A stretch of 64,000 bases of DNA, from positions 186,001 to 250,000 of the IMG/VR virus record IMGVR_UViG_3300032236_000747; one strand, written 5' to 3'. The notes under the pieces are model-generated. The model had not been told where the DNA came from. It worked only from the letters and a program-made list of their open reading frames with translations, and ran no database searches. Of this stretch, positions 1-10,000 are shown piece after piece (within the stretch, counting starts at the first letter, position 1; every line of letters begins with the position of its first letter). Made by a program: the position numbers and the translations under genes.

Positions 1-2
1 TT

Positions 3-749
3 GTCTTAGCCTCAGGCAATGGAGCAAATATTGGATTATTCTTTAATGCCAATAGTGCTGTAAGTTTTGGTTCATCAACTGGTTTTGGTATTGCTGGTCA
101 ATCATTAATAAGTAACGGACCAAGCGCACCGCCAAGTTGGAGTTCTGCAGCCAGCGGTAGCTTAACCACTGGTACATTAAACATCAGTGAACAAACAGTT
201 ATAGCAACCACAAACACATTCAGCGTTGTTGGCGGATATGTTCCCGGACAAATACAGGTATTTGCCAACGGTATTTTACTAGGTTCAACTGATTATACAG
301 CGTCAATTAGTCCAACTGTTGTAACAAATAGATCTAGAAATCCAGGCGATGTCATGCGCTTCCAAGCATTGACAACAAACTTCTACAGCACTACAACATA
401 TGCTTATAGTGTAAAAGAAATAACTGCTAGCTCAAATAATCAAACGGTGTACACAGTAAGTGGCGGTTACAACACAGGAACTAGCCAAATATTCTTAAAT
501 GGTATTCAGCTACACAGCGCAGATTATACAGCAAATGATGGTTCTACCGTGGTATTAACTACTGGAACTGGTATTACCATAGGATCTATAGTGAGAGTTA
601 TCAGTTTTAATAGCTTTAACGTATCAGGCGCACTACCACTCAGCGGCGGAACTGTTAACGGGGTAGTTAATGTACAAGGTACAATCAGACAAAATAACGT
701 TCCTATCATAGCATTGAATGCTGCCATGAGCGTAGCACTGGGTGCGTAA
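3..749 (+). CDS. C-terminal part of a fibre/virion structural protein, 5'-truncated by the window edge
   Basis: Frame 3 is open from base 3 (VLASGNGANIG...) into the listed 354..749 ORF. It contains AVSFGSSTGFGIAGQSLISNGPSAPPSW, the same linker module seen in the 4078..12075 fibre, plus two 'NGI.L...DYTA' modules. It ends AMSVALGA. Confidence 0.8.
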   Translation, partial: VLASGNGANIGLFFNANSAVSFGSSTGFGIAGQSLISNGPSAPPSWSSAASGSLTTGTLNISEQTVIATTNTFSVVGGYVPGQIQVFANGILLGSTDYTASISPTVVTNRSRNPGDVMRFQALTTNFYSTTTYAYSVKEITASSNNQTVYTVSGGYNTGTSQIFLNGIQLHSADYTANDGSTVVLTTGTGITIGSIVRVISFNSFNVSGALPLSGGTVNGVVNVQGTIRQNNVPIIALNAAMSVALGA

Positions 750-786
750 ACAACATAAATAGACAATATCGGAGATCTAAGAACAA

Positions 787-3700
787 ATGGCCAAGCAACT
801 ACAACGGATTTATAGTTTCACCCCAGGAATAGCGGGTGCTGGAACGATTCAGATTCCCGGAAAAGTAGATTTAAATCAACTATTATTGATCACTAATGCT
901 ACGACTAACGGATTTTTATACAACTTCGCAGATCCCACATATGCAGGAACTACAATAACCTTTACTAGGGGTAATAGCACAGCTTTTCCGCAGACTGTTC
1001 AAAACACCGATGGTTATACAACCATCACCCTAGCTGTTGATACTAGTTCAATGTTGTCTAGCCACAACATTCAGATCTTTACAGAACGTCCTGAGATTAT
1101 CACACGCCCCTGGGCCATGGGCACAGACGCCTTTGAACGTACTCGTGTTGCAGCTCCACAGTCCATGCTTGACGCTGACTTTGAATATGGACTACAACCA
1201 ACCAAATGGCAACAGATTGAAACCATGCGTGGTTATCCTAGTATCTATGAAGTTCCGGGTACTGACCAGACTATTCTTAGTATTACCACTGACGCTAGCG
1301 GCGGCGGGGGTAATGATATACAAAGTTTGATTACAATTACCACTCAGTTCCCTCATAACCTAACGGTTGGTGGTGCTGTTACTGTTAATAATTTACAATC
1401 AACTATCACAGCATATGCTAGAGCACAAGGCAACTTTATTATCAATAGTACACCTAGTCCTAACACGTTGACCTACTATGCCAAGGGCAAGGTAGGTGTT
1501 AACAACGGTGATAGATTAGACAACGTCTACACTATTGTACGTAAAGGATTGTTCTACACTGGTTCTAGTATCGGAACTAGCACGTTTGTTACTGCTGGCA
1601 GTGGAGCAAGTACCACGGGTACAATAACCGTTACATTTGCTGCTAACCACGGATTAATACCTGGCGAAACGATTATCACTATTATTAACTCAGACAACGG
1701 CAGTAATAATCATAACCTATGTCAAGGTAGTTTTTACATTACATCAACACCTACTCCTACCACACTAACATATAATGCTCGCAACGTGGGTACTATTACC
1801 GGTACTCCTATCGGCGGAATATATGCTCGTCCTGATGCGTTCTTTGTACATAGACCCCTCGATGGCGGTGTTATGTTAGGCACAGGCGGTCCAAGTCATG
1901 GCTATCATGCGATACGTATGAGTAAGAAGTACATACGTTATCAGTCTGGTAAAGCAGTTAACTATAATACTGCGGCTCTGTTTGCTCCTAACTATGACCT
2001 ACGTGCTCTTACAGCTACCAATACCACAGTAGGATCTACTATCTATATTACCATGGATGACGTTGATCACGGACTACAAGCAGGCGCTGGTATATTAGTC
2101 AGCGGTGCAATAACATCTGGGTATAACGGATATTATGCGGTAAACTCCGTTATTGACGAACGTAACATTACAGTTATTAGTACAAGCACGCTAGGTTCTA
2201 CTTCCGCAGCTTTTGCTGCACCTGCTACACTACAACATATTTCGTGGCACGGAAGCACAATCCGTTCAGGAACATTTGATGATCAAAACGGAATGTACTG
2301 GCAGTTTGACGGTATACAGATGGCAATTGGTCAACGTAGTTCAACTTTCCAAACTGCGGGCACAGTTAACGTTGTTCCAGACAGCAACTTGGTCACAGGA
2401 AACAGCAGCAGATTTGATAGTCAAATGGCAGCAGGTGATCGTGTTGTTATCAAAGGTATGACGCATGTTATCACTGCTATTTCTAGCGCAACTTGGATGT
2501 ATGTAAATCCTGACTATCGAGGAACCACAGCGTCTGGTGGTGTTAAGATGGTTAAAGTAACCGACAAAGTAGTCCCTCAAAGCCAGTGGAACGTGGACCG
2601 CTGTGACGGTACCAATGGTCCATTTAATCCTAGCGGATACTATCTACAACCTAACAGATTACAGATGATCGGCTTACAGTGGACATGGTACGGAGCTGGA
2701 TTTATTGATTGGATGCTACGTGGCCCAGACGGTAACTATATGACAGTTCATCGTATGAAGAACTCGAACATAAACACAGAAGCTTATATGCGTTCTGGTA
2801 ATCAACCTGTTCGTTACGAAGTTCAAAATGAAGGTGCACGCAGTACATTGAACACCGACCTCAGCACAGTTGGCACAGTAATGACTGTTACGGATATTAC
2901 CTATTTCCCAAGCACAGGCACTGTTTACATCGACAACGAACTTATTAACTTCAGTGGTAAGACTGGTACAACTGGTATAGGTCAACTAACCGGACTAACA
3001 AGAACAGGTAACTTAACTTACTTTGCCGGCGGCGCAACACGTACATTTACTGCTACTAACATAGCACAAACACACGCAACAGGCGTTGGGGTTGTATTGA
3101 TAAGTCAAACATCTAGCCCAAGTATTAGTCACTGGGGTAGTGCATTCTTAACAGACGGTGGCTTTGATCAAGACCGTGGATATATCTTTAACTATCAAGC
3201 TAACAATATTACTATTTCAACCAAGAAATCTACAGCGTTTGCTATTCGACTAGCACCAAGTGTTAGTAACGCGGTTACTGGCGACCTAGGGGTTCGTGAC
3301 CTGATTAACAGAGCGCAGTTGTTGCTGCAAGGTCTTGAAAACACAGCAGGTGGATCAACACAGACCAACCAGGCTATTGTTATTGAAGGCGTATTGAATC
3401 CTAGTAACTTCCCATCTAACCCAGCAAGTATTACCTGGTATAACCTACAAGGTAGTGTAAGCGGTGGTAACTTGTTAGGTTCAGGTCAGCCAAGTTTTAC
3501 ACAGATTTCTCCAGGTTCGTATATTAACTTTGACGGAACTGCTACATACACAACTACGGCTGCTCAAACAATTGCTGCAGGTAGTGTAAATATACAAGTT
3601 AACTCAACTGCTACCATGCAGGTTGGAGATGCTGTAGTTTCTCCAGCTACTACTTTTGTTTCTATACCGGGAAATACCTTAATATCTAGCATTGGTAACG

Positions 3701-3993
3701 GTGTAATATCCATTACTAACCCGCTAGTTGGTACACTACCCAGCGGGTCGACACTTAACTTCTATCGTAATCAATGGGCTGTACCGGGCGAAACTATTTT
3801 CTCAACAGTTTCTAACCCAGGTTCAAAGGATATATTAGACTTATCACCGTTGAAAGAACTTACAAATACTCCGCTAGGTGGAAGAGGAACATATCCAAAC
3901 GGTCCAGATACCTTGTTTATTAACGTCTATCTAACCCAAGGTAATCCGATTTTGACTAACTTAGTACTACGTTGGGGTGAAGCTCAGGCTTAA
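787..3993 (+). CDS. Large beta-rich virion structural protein (tail/baseplate-associated); paralog of 12082..14919
   Basis: 1068 aa, Thr/Gly/Ser-rich, with repeated 'T.T....H.L..G' modules. Shares DxDFEYGxQPTKW, RYQSGK, WYGAG, NTEAYMRSGN, ISHWGS and the terminal W-x-EAQA with 12082..14919. TAAATA at 756-761. Confidence 0.7.
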   Translation: MAKQLQRIYSFTPGIAGAGTIQIPGKVDLNQLLLITNATTNGFLYNFADPTYAGTTITFTRGNSTAFPQTVQNTDGYTTITLAVDTSSMLSSHNIQIFTERPEIITRPWAMGTDAFERTRVAAPQSMLDADFEYGLQPTKWQQIETMRGYPSIYEVPGTDQTILSITTDASGGGGNDIQSLITITTQFPHNLTVGGAVTVNNLQSTITAYARAQGNFIINSTPSPNTLTYYAKGKVGVNNGDRLDNVYTIVRKGLFYTGSSIGTSTFVTAGSGASTTGTITVTFAANHGLIPGETIITIINSDNGSNNHNLCQGSFYITSTPTPTTLTYNARNVGTITGTPIGGIYARPDAFFVHRPLDGGVMLGTGGPSHGYHAIRMSKKYIRYQSGKAVNYNTAALFAPNYDLRALTATNTTVGSTIYITMDDVDHGLQAGAGILVSGAITSGYNGYYAVNSVIDERNITVISTSTLGSTSAAFAAPATLQHISWHGSTIRSGTFDDQNGMYWQFDGIQMAIGQRSSTFQTAGTVNVVPDSNLVTGNSSRFDSQMAAGDRVVIKGMTHVITAISSATWMYVNPDYRGTTASGGVKMVKVTDKVVPQSQWNVDRCDGTNGPFNPSGYYLQPNRLQMIGLQWTWYGAGFIDWMLRGPDGNYMTVHRMKNSNINTEAYMRSGNQPVRYEVQNEGARSTLNTDLSTVGTVMTVTDITYFPSTGTVYIDNELINFSGKTGTTGIGQLTGLTRTGNLTYFAGGATRTFTATNIAQTHATGVGVVLISQTSSPSISHWGSAFLTDGGFDQDRGYIFNYQANNITISTKKSTAFAIRLAPSVSNAVTGDLGVRDLINRAQLLLQGLENTAGGSTQTNQAIVIEGVLNPSNFPSNPASITWYNLQGSVSGGNLLGSGQPSFTQISPGSYINFDGTATYTTTAAQTIAAGSVNIQVNSTATMQVGDAVVSPATTFVSIPGNTLISSIGNGVISITNPLVGTLPSGSTLNFYRNQWAVPGETIFSTVSNPGSKDILDLSPLKELTNTPLGGRGTYPNGPDTLFINVYLTQGNPILTNLVLRWGEAQA

Positions 3994-4007
3994 TCTTTTT
4001 TAAATAC

Positions 4008-4029
4008 AAGCCCGCAACCTGCGGGCTTT
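4008..4029 (+). terminator. Hairpin, possible intrinsic terminator
   Basis: AAGCCCGCA-acc-TGCGGGCTT, 15 nt after the 3993 stop; the T-tail is short. Confidence 0.55.
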
Positions 4030-4077
4030 CCCTTGAACATATTTAGGTAAATACAAATACTTGGATATATATTACAC

Positions 4078-7000
4078 ATGTCAATAGCAGAAAGCCTAAG
4101 TTTTTTCCTCTCAACCGCAACTACTACTGCGACCATATTCACCTATTCTCCGGAAAGCATTCTTAACCCTGCTGCGAGTACTAGTACCAATACAGGTGCT
4201 CTAACTGTAGTAGGCGGTGTTGGTGTAGGCGGCAGCATTTATGCGGGAAACATTTACAGTAATGGTACATTAATTACTTCCGGTGGTAGCGGAACTACTG
4301 CTACTAACACAGCCAGCGGATTGTTAATAGGTTATACAAATACTGCAACTTATAACGCAGGCTTAGGTTATCAGTCGGGTAACTTGACCATGACTGGCGC
4401 TAATAACCTGGCTATTGGTCGGTGTGCTCTATGCATTAATACTACTGGCACTAATAATACTGCTTTAGGATATGGCGCATTATATTGTAATACATACGGC
4501 AACAATAATTTTGCTATAGGTTATAATGTCCTTAAGTGTAATACTACTGGTTTTAATAATATCGCAATTGGCTGTAATGCTCTATGCGGTAATACCACAG
4601 GACAAATGAACATTGCCTTTGGTACTTGTGCCGGCGGAAGTGGAAGCTACAATTTTGCCGCAGGTTGTAATGCAATGTATAGCGCCAACGGTAACAGTAA
4701 TATTGGTATTGGACCTTTTGCACTAACAATTGTTTCGGGAAGCTATAATGTAGCACTCGGTCCTTATACTATGCAAAGTGCTTCTAGCGCCTGTAATAAC
4801 TTTGCAGCAGGGTTTCGCTCACAACAATGTGTAACCACTGGTTGCAATAACTTTTCACAAGGCTTATGTGCTCTCTACGGTAATACTACCGGTTGCAATA
4901 ACTTTGCTGTAGGTTATCAATCTATGGGATGTACTAACGGCGGTAGCAATAATATAGCTATTGGACAATGTACTTTACGTGCCAACATTACCGGCTCTTT
5001 TAATATTGCATTAGGATGTGGTGCTCTTCAATCTAATACAGCCAGTAATAATATTGCTGTAGGCTATCAAACATTGTATTGTAACACAGCCGGAACCTAT
5101 AATATTGCGCTAGGTTATAACGTATTATACAATAACAGTGTAGGTTGTGGAAACTTTGCAGGTGGCACTTCGGCTCTTTACAGTAATACTACCGGTTGCA
5201 ATAACTTTGCTGTTGGAAACTTATCACAGTATTCTAGCACTGTTGGATGTAATAATATTTCTGTTGGATTTGATTCTCTTTTTTCTAATATCAGCGGTTC
5301 TAATAATATTGCGCTTGGTTATTTTACTTTATTTTGCAGTACAGCATCTAACAATATTGCTATTGGTGGCTCATCTCTAAGATACGCTAGCTACGGTGCA
5401 AATAATATTGCACTAGGTTGTAACACATTATATTGTAATTCTACGGGTTGTAATAACCTTGCTCTAGGTATATGTGCTCTTTATTGCAATACCGGTAGCA
5501 ACAACATAGCACTAGGTACTAGTGCAGGTTCTTCCCTTGCTATTGCCTGCAACAATGTAATCATAGGTGGCTATGGTGCTGTTAACTTTGCTAACAGCAA
5601 CAGTAACATCATCTTAGCCACAGGCGCAGGAGTAGTTCAACAACTACATAATGCCCAGGGTGCTGTTAGCTTTGGTTCAACAAGCTCATTTGGTGCAGCC
5701 GGCCAGGTACTATTAAGTAATGGTCCAAGTGCTCCTCCTACATGGGTTAATACTAGTTCGCTTGGATTAGGTGGTGGCGGCGGAGGTGCTGGCGCAAGTT
5801 TAAACACTTACTGCTCATTGATTATTCAAGGCGCAACTGCTGGTTCAAGCACAGGTCTAAATAACTTTGCCGTTGGATGTTGCGCATTATTTGCCAATAC
5901 TACTGGTGTTAATAATGTAGCGTTAGGTATATATACTCTTAAACTTAACACCTACGGTAGTAATAACTTTGCTGCTGGCTGCGTAGCTCTATGCGCAAAC
6001 ACCAGCGGATGCCATAACGTTGCGATTGGTTTTGGCGCACTAACTGCAAACTTAACTGGTTCCAATAATACAGCGATTGGGTGCGGTGCTCTTAGAAGTA
6101 ACACTTCCGCATGCCATAATACTGCTATTGGCTGTCAAGCTCTTGCTTGTAATACCATTGGTGGTAATAACACCGCTATAGGTGCCACAGCACTCAAATG
6201 TACTTCAACTGGTTGTAACAATATTGGTATAGGCTATGCTGCCCTAACATCTAATGTTACTGGTTGCAGTAATATAGGTATGGGATACGGTGCCCTTTAC
6301 AGCAATATTACTGGCAGTCAAAACATTGCTCTCGGTCAAAGTACCTTATGTTGTAGCCTTACTGGAAATAATAATACCGCGATTGGTCAGAATGCTGGCT
6401 GCGCTATTATAGGCGGTTCAAATAACACTATTATAGGTGGTTATGGTGCTGTTAACTTTGCTAACAGCAATAGTAATATTATTATAGCCACCGGTACAGG
6501 TACAGTTCAACAACTACATAATGCCCAGGGTGCTGTTAGCTTTGGTTCAACAAGCTCATTCGGTACTGCTGGTCAAGTATTATGTAGTCAAGGACCTAGT
6601 TTACCACCTGTGTGGGCTACAGTAAGTGCCGGCGGAGGTAGTTCGGCAACTTCTATCAGTTTAGGCACAGTATATGCATATACTCCGTCTGCTCTTGGTA
6701 ACTCAAATCTAGGATACCTAGCTGGCAACTCAACAATGACCGGATGTAATAACATCAGCATTGGATGTTGTGCTAACTGTTCTTTAACTTCAGCGTGCCA
6801 TACTATTGCTATTGGCGGTTACGCACTAAAATCTGGAACTACCGGCTATGGTAATATAGCAATTGGTTACAGTTCTGGATGTTTAACCAACGGCGGTCTT
6901 AACAACGTTGCAGTTGGTGCGTGTGCGCTGAGATGCAATATTACTGGTAATCAATCTATTGCGATTGGCGGCGGCGCACTAAACTGTAGTACTGCTAACT

Positions 7001-10000
7001 ATAACGTTGCAGTTGGTAGTTGTGCTGCCACAAACACAACAGGTGCTAATAATACCGCAATAGGTCACTCTGCCCTAAGTCAAAGTGCTACTAGCTGTTC
7101 TGCTGTTGCTGTTGGATTCTGTGCGTCATACGCAAACTTTTTATTCAGGGGTGTGGCCATTGGTGCTTACGCAATGGCTCAGGGCGTAGGTAGAAGTTTT
7201 AACAACGTGGCTATTGGCTACGGTGCTATGTGTAATAACACAACTGGTAGTCAAAATACTGCCCTCGGCACACGAGCGCTAGCTGCTAATACCTGTGGTT
7301 GCGGTAACTTTGCCACTGGTTACCAAGCATTAGTTTCTAATACCTACGGTAATAATAATATAGCATTTGGTTACGGTGCTGTGTGTAGCAACACTTCGGG
7401 ATGTAATAACATAGGTGTCGGTGTTTGTTCGTTATACCTTAGCCTCACAGGAAATAATAACATCGCCCTAGGTGCATGTTCGGGAAACTGTATTACTACA
7501 GGTAGTAATAACGTTATTGTCGGTAGCTATGGTGCAGCTAACTTTGCTAATAGTAATAGTAATATTATCTTAGCCACTGGTGCTGGTGTAGTTCAACAAC
7601 TGTTTAACGCCACTGGTGCTGTCAGTTTCGGTTCAACAAGTTCATTTGGTACTGCTGGTCAAGTATTAAGCAGTCAAGGACCTGGATTACCTCCTGCCTG
7701 GGCCGCAGCAAGTGGCGGTAGTGCTATTCCTATTGCTACAGCAACTACACTAGGTCTTGTCTACGCATTTACAACTGCTACTTGTTTTAATACAAGTCTA
7801 GGATACAGTGCTGGTAATAATACAATGACCGGTACCTATAATGTAGCCATAGGTTATCGAGCTCTTATTGCTAACACTACAGGTTGCGGAAACATTGCAG
7901 CTGGTTATCAAGCACTATGTACTAATACCATCGGTGGTAATAATATTGCTTTTGGCGGACGTGCCCTTCAATGTAACCTTACAGGTAACTATAATATTGC
8001 GTTAGGATACGGTGCGTTACTTCAAAATACCTGCGGTGTTCAAAATATTGCGATTGGTCAAAGTGCTCTTAACACAAATCAACTAGGTTGTAGTAATATA
8101 GCGTTAGGCTGCAGGGCACTGGGATTTAGCACAACAAGTTTTAATATTGCAATCGGATCATTCTCGCTTGCTTGTAATATTACTGGTAGTTGTAATGTTG
8201 GTATTGGATATGGTACATTATACGGTAATCTTGCTGGAAATGGTAACTTTGCCGCAGGATATAAGGCCTTGTATGCTAACACCGTTGGTAACTATAACGT
8301 AGCTATTGGTTTTTGTGCATTAAAAGTTAATACCTCAGGCGCCAATAATACCGCAATAGGACTTTACGCACTTACATGCAATACCACTGGTTGTTCTAAT
8401 ATAGCTATTGGTCCGTATGCTCTTTATTGTAATATTACAGGCAGTCAGAATATTTCCATTGGATGTTGCGCACTTTTATGTAACTCTGGTGGTTCCTCTA
8501 ATATTGCTATAGGTGTACTTGCTCTTTACTGTAATACAACTGGTCTTGCTAATATTGCTATAGGATGCGGTGCTCTTAGGTCTAACTCAGCCGGCCAAAA
8601 CAATATTGCGTTGGGATCAGCTAGCCTTTACGGAAATACTTTTGGTACTAATAATATTGCGTTTGGCAATAGGGCATTAAACATTAATACCTATGGATGT
8701 GGTAATATTGCCATGGGTGCGTGTTCACTTCGTTGTAACATTACTGGAACAAATAACATTGCCCAAGGTTGCGGTACACTTTTCTGCAATACCTGCGGAT
8801 GTGGTAATATTGCCCAGGGATATAGTGCGCTTCGTTGCAATACTTACGGCAATCATAATACTGCCGTAGGTTATGCTGCTCTTAATAATAACTCTACCGG
8901 TAATAATAATATTGCCTTTGGTTATTGTGCACTTTACGGAAATAGCACCGGATCTAATAACTTTGCTGCGGGTTGTTTATCTCTTTTCTGTAACTCCAGC
9001 GGTCAAAACAATATTGCCGTTGGATTTTGTACTCTTTTCTGTAATGTCAGTGGTAACTGTAACATTGCGCTAGGTTATACTGCTCTTCGAAATAATCAAG
9101 GCGGCACTAATAATACAGCTATTGGCTCTGGCGCATTATCTAATAACACTATAGGCAATGAGAACGTGGCCTTTGGCTGGATGGCAATGGGTTGTAATGT
9201 TCTTGGCACAGGTAACATTGCTCTTGGTTCTTGTGCTATTGGATTAGGAACAGCTGGCTGTCAAAATATTGCTATGGGGCAAGCTGCATTATATTACAAT
9301 CTTTGCGGAGGCTACAATATAGCGGTTGGGCAAGCTTCTTTAAGATGCAATACCTATGGAAATCATAACGTGGCCTTAGGCTACGGAACTATGACTATTG
9401 GTACATGTGGTAACTGTAACGTTGCTATTGGTCGCTGTGCTTTATCAACTAACACTTGCGGAAGTTCTAACGTAGCAGTAGGAGCCGGCGCATTACTTGC
9501 TTCTCCGTGTTCGTTTGGTAACATAGCAGTAGGATATAACGCAGCATATTGCCAAGGTTCTATAGGTAACGTGGCCATGGGCTACGGTGCTATGCAATAC
9601 GGCATTTGTGGTTGTCAAAATATTGCCATCGGCTTTGCAGCAATGAAACAGTGCGCTACATCGGGATATGCACCGATTAACGGAAATCAATGTATTATAA
9701 ATCCCGGATCTGGTTGGACTGCGTATGCCATGAATCCTAGCACAGTGCTGGTAGCAAACTATGGAGGTTTCCAGCCTTCAATATGTAATGTTCTAGTAAG
9801 TATTGATCCGTTCGGATCACTGATGCAGGTATGTTCTCCGGTACCGTTAGTTGCAGGGTGTTTTTACTTTGTACAAGGCAATCCTTGTATTGGATACGGT
9901 AGCACTGCTAATATATGTGCTTCGTATGGGTTTGCTTCATCGCCAAGACACGGCGGATGTCTTAACATAGCAATAGGAACATGCAGTATGATGGCAGTCG

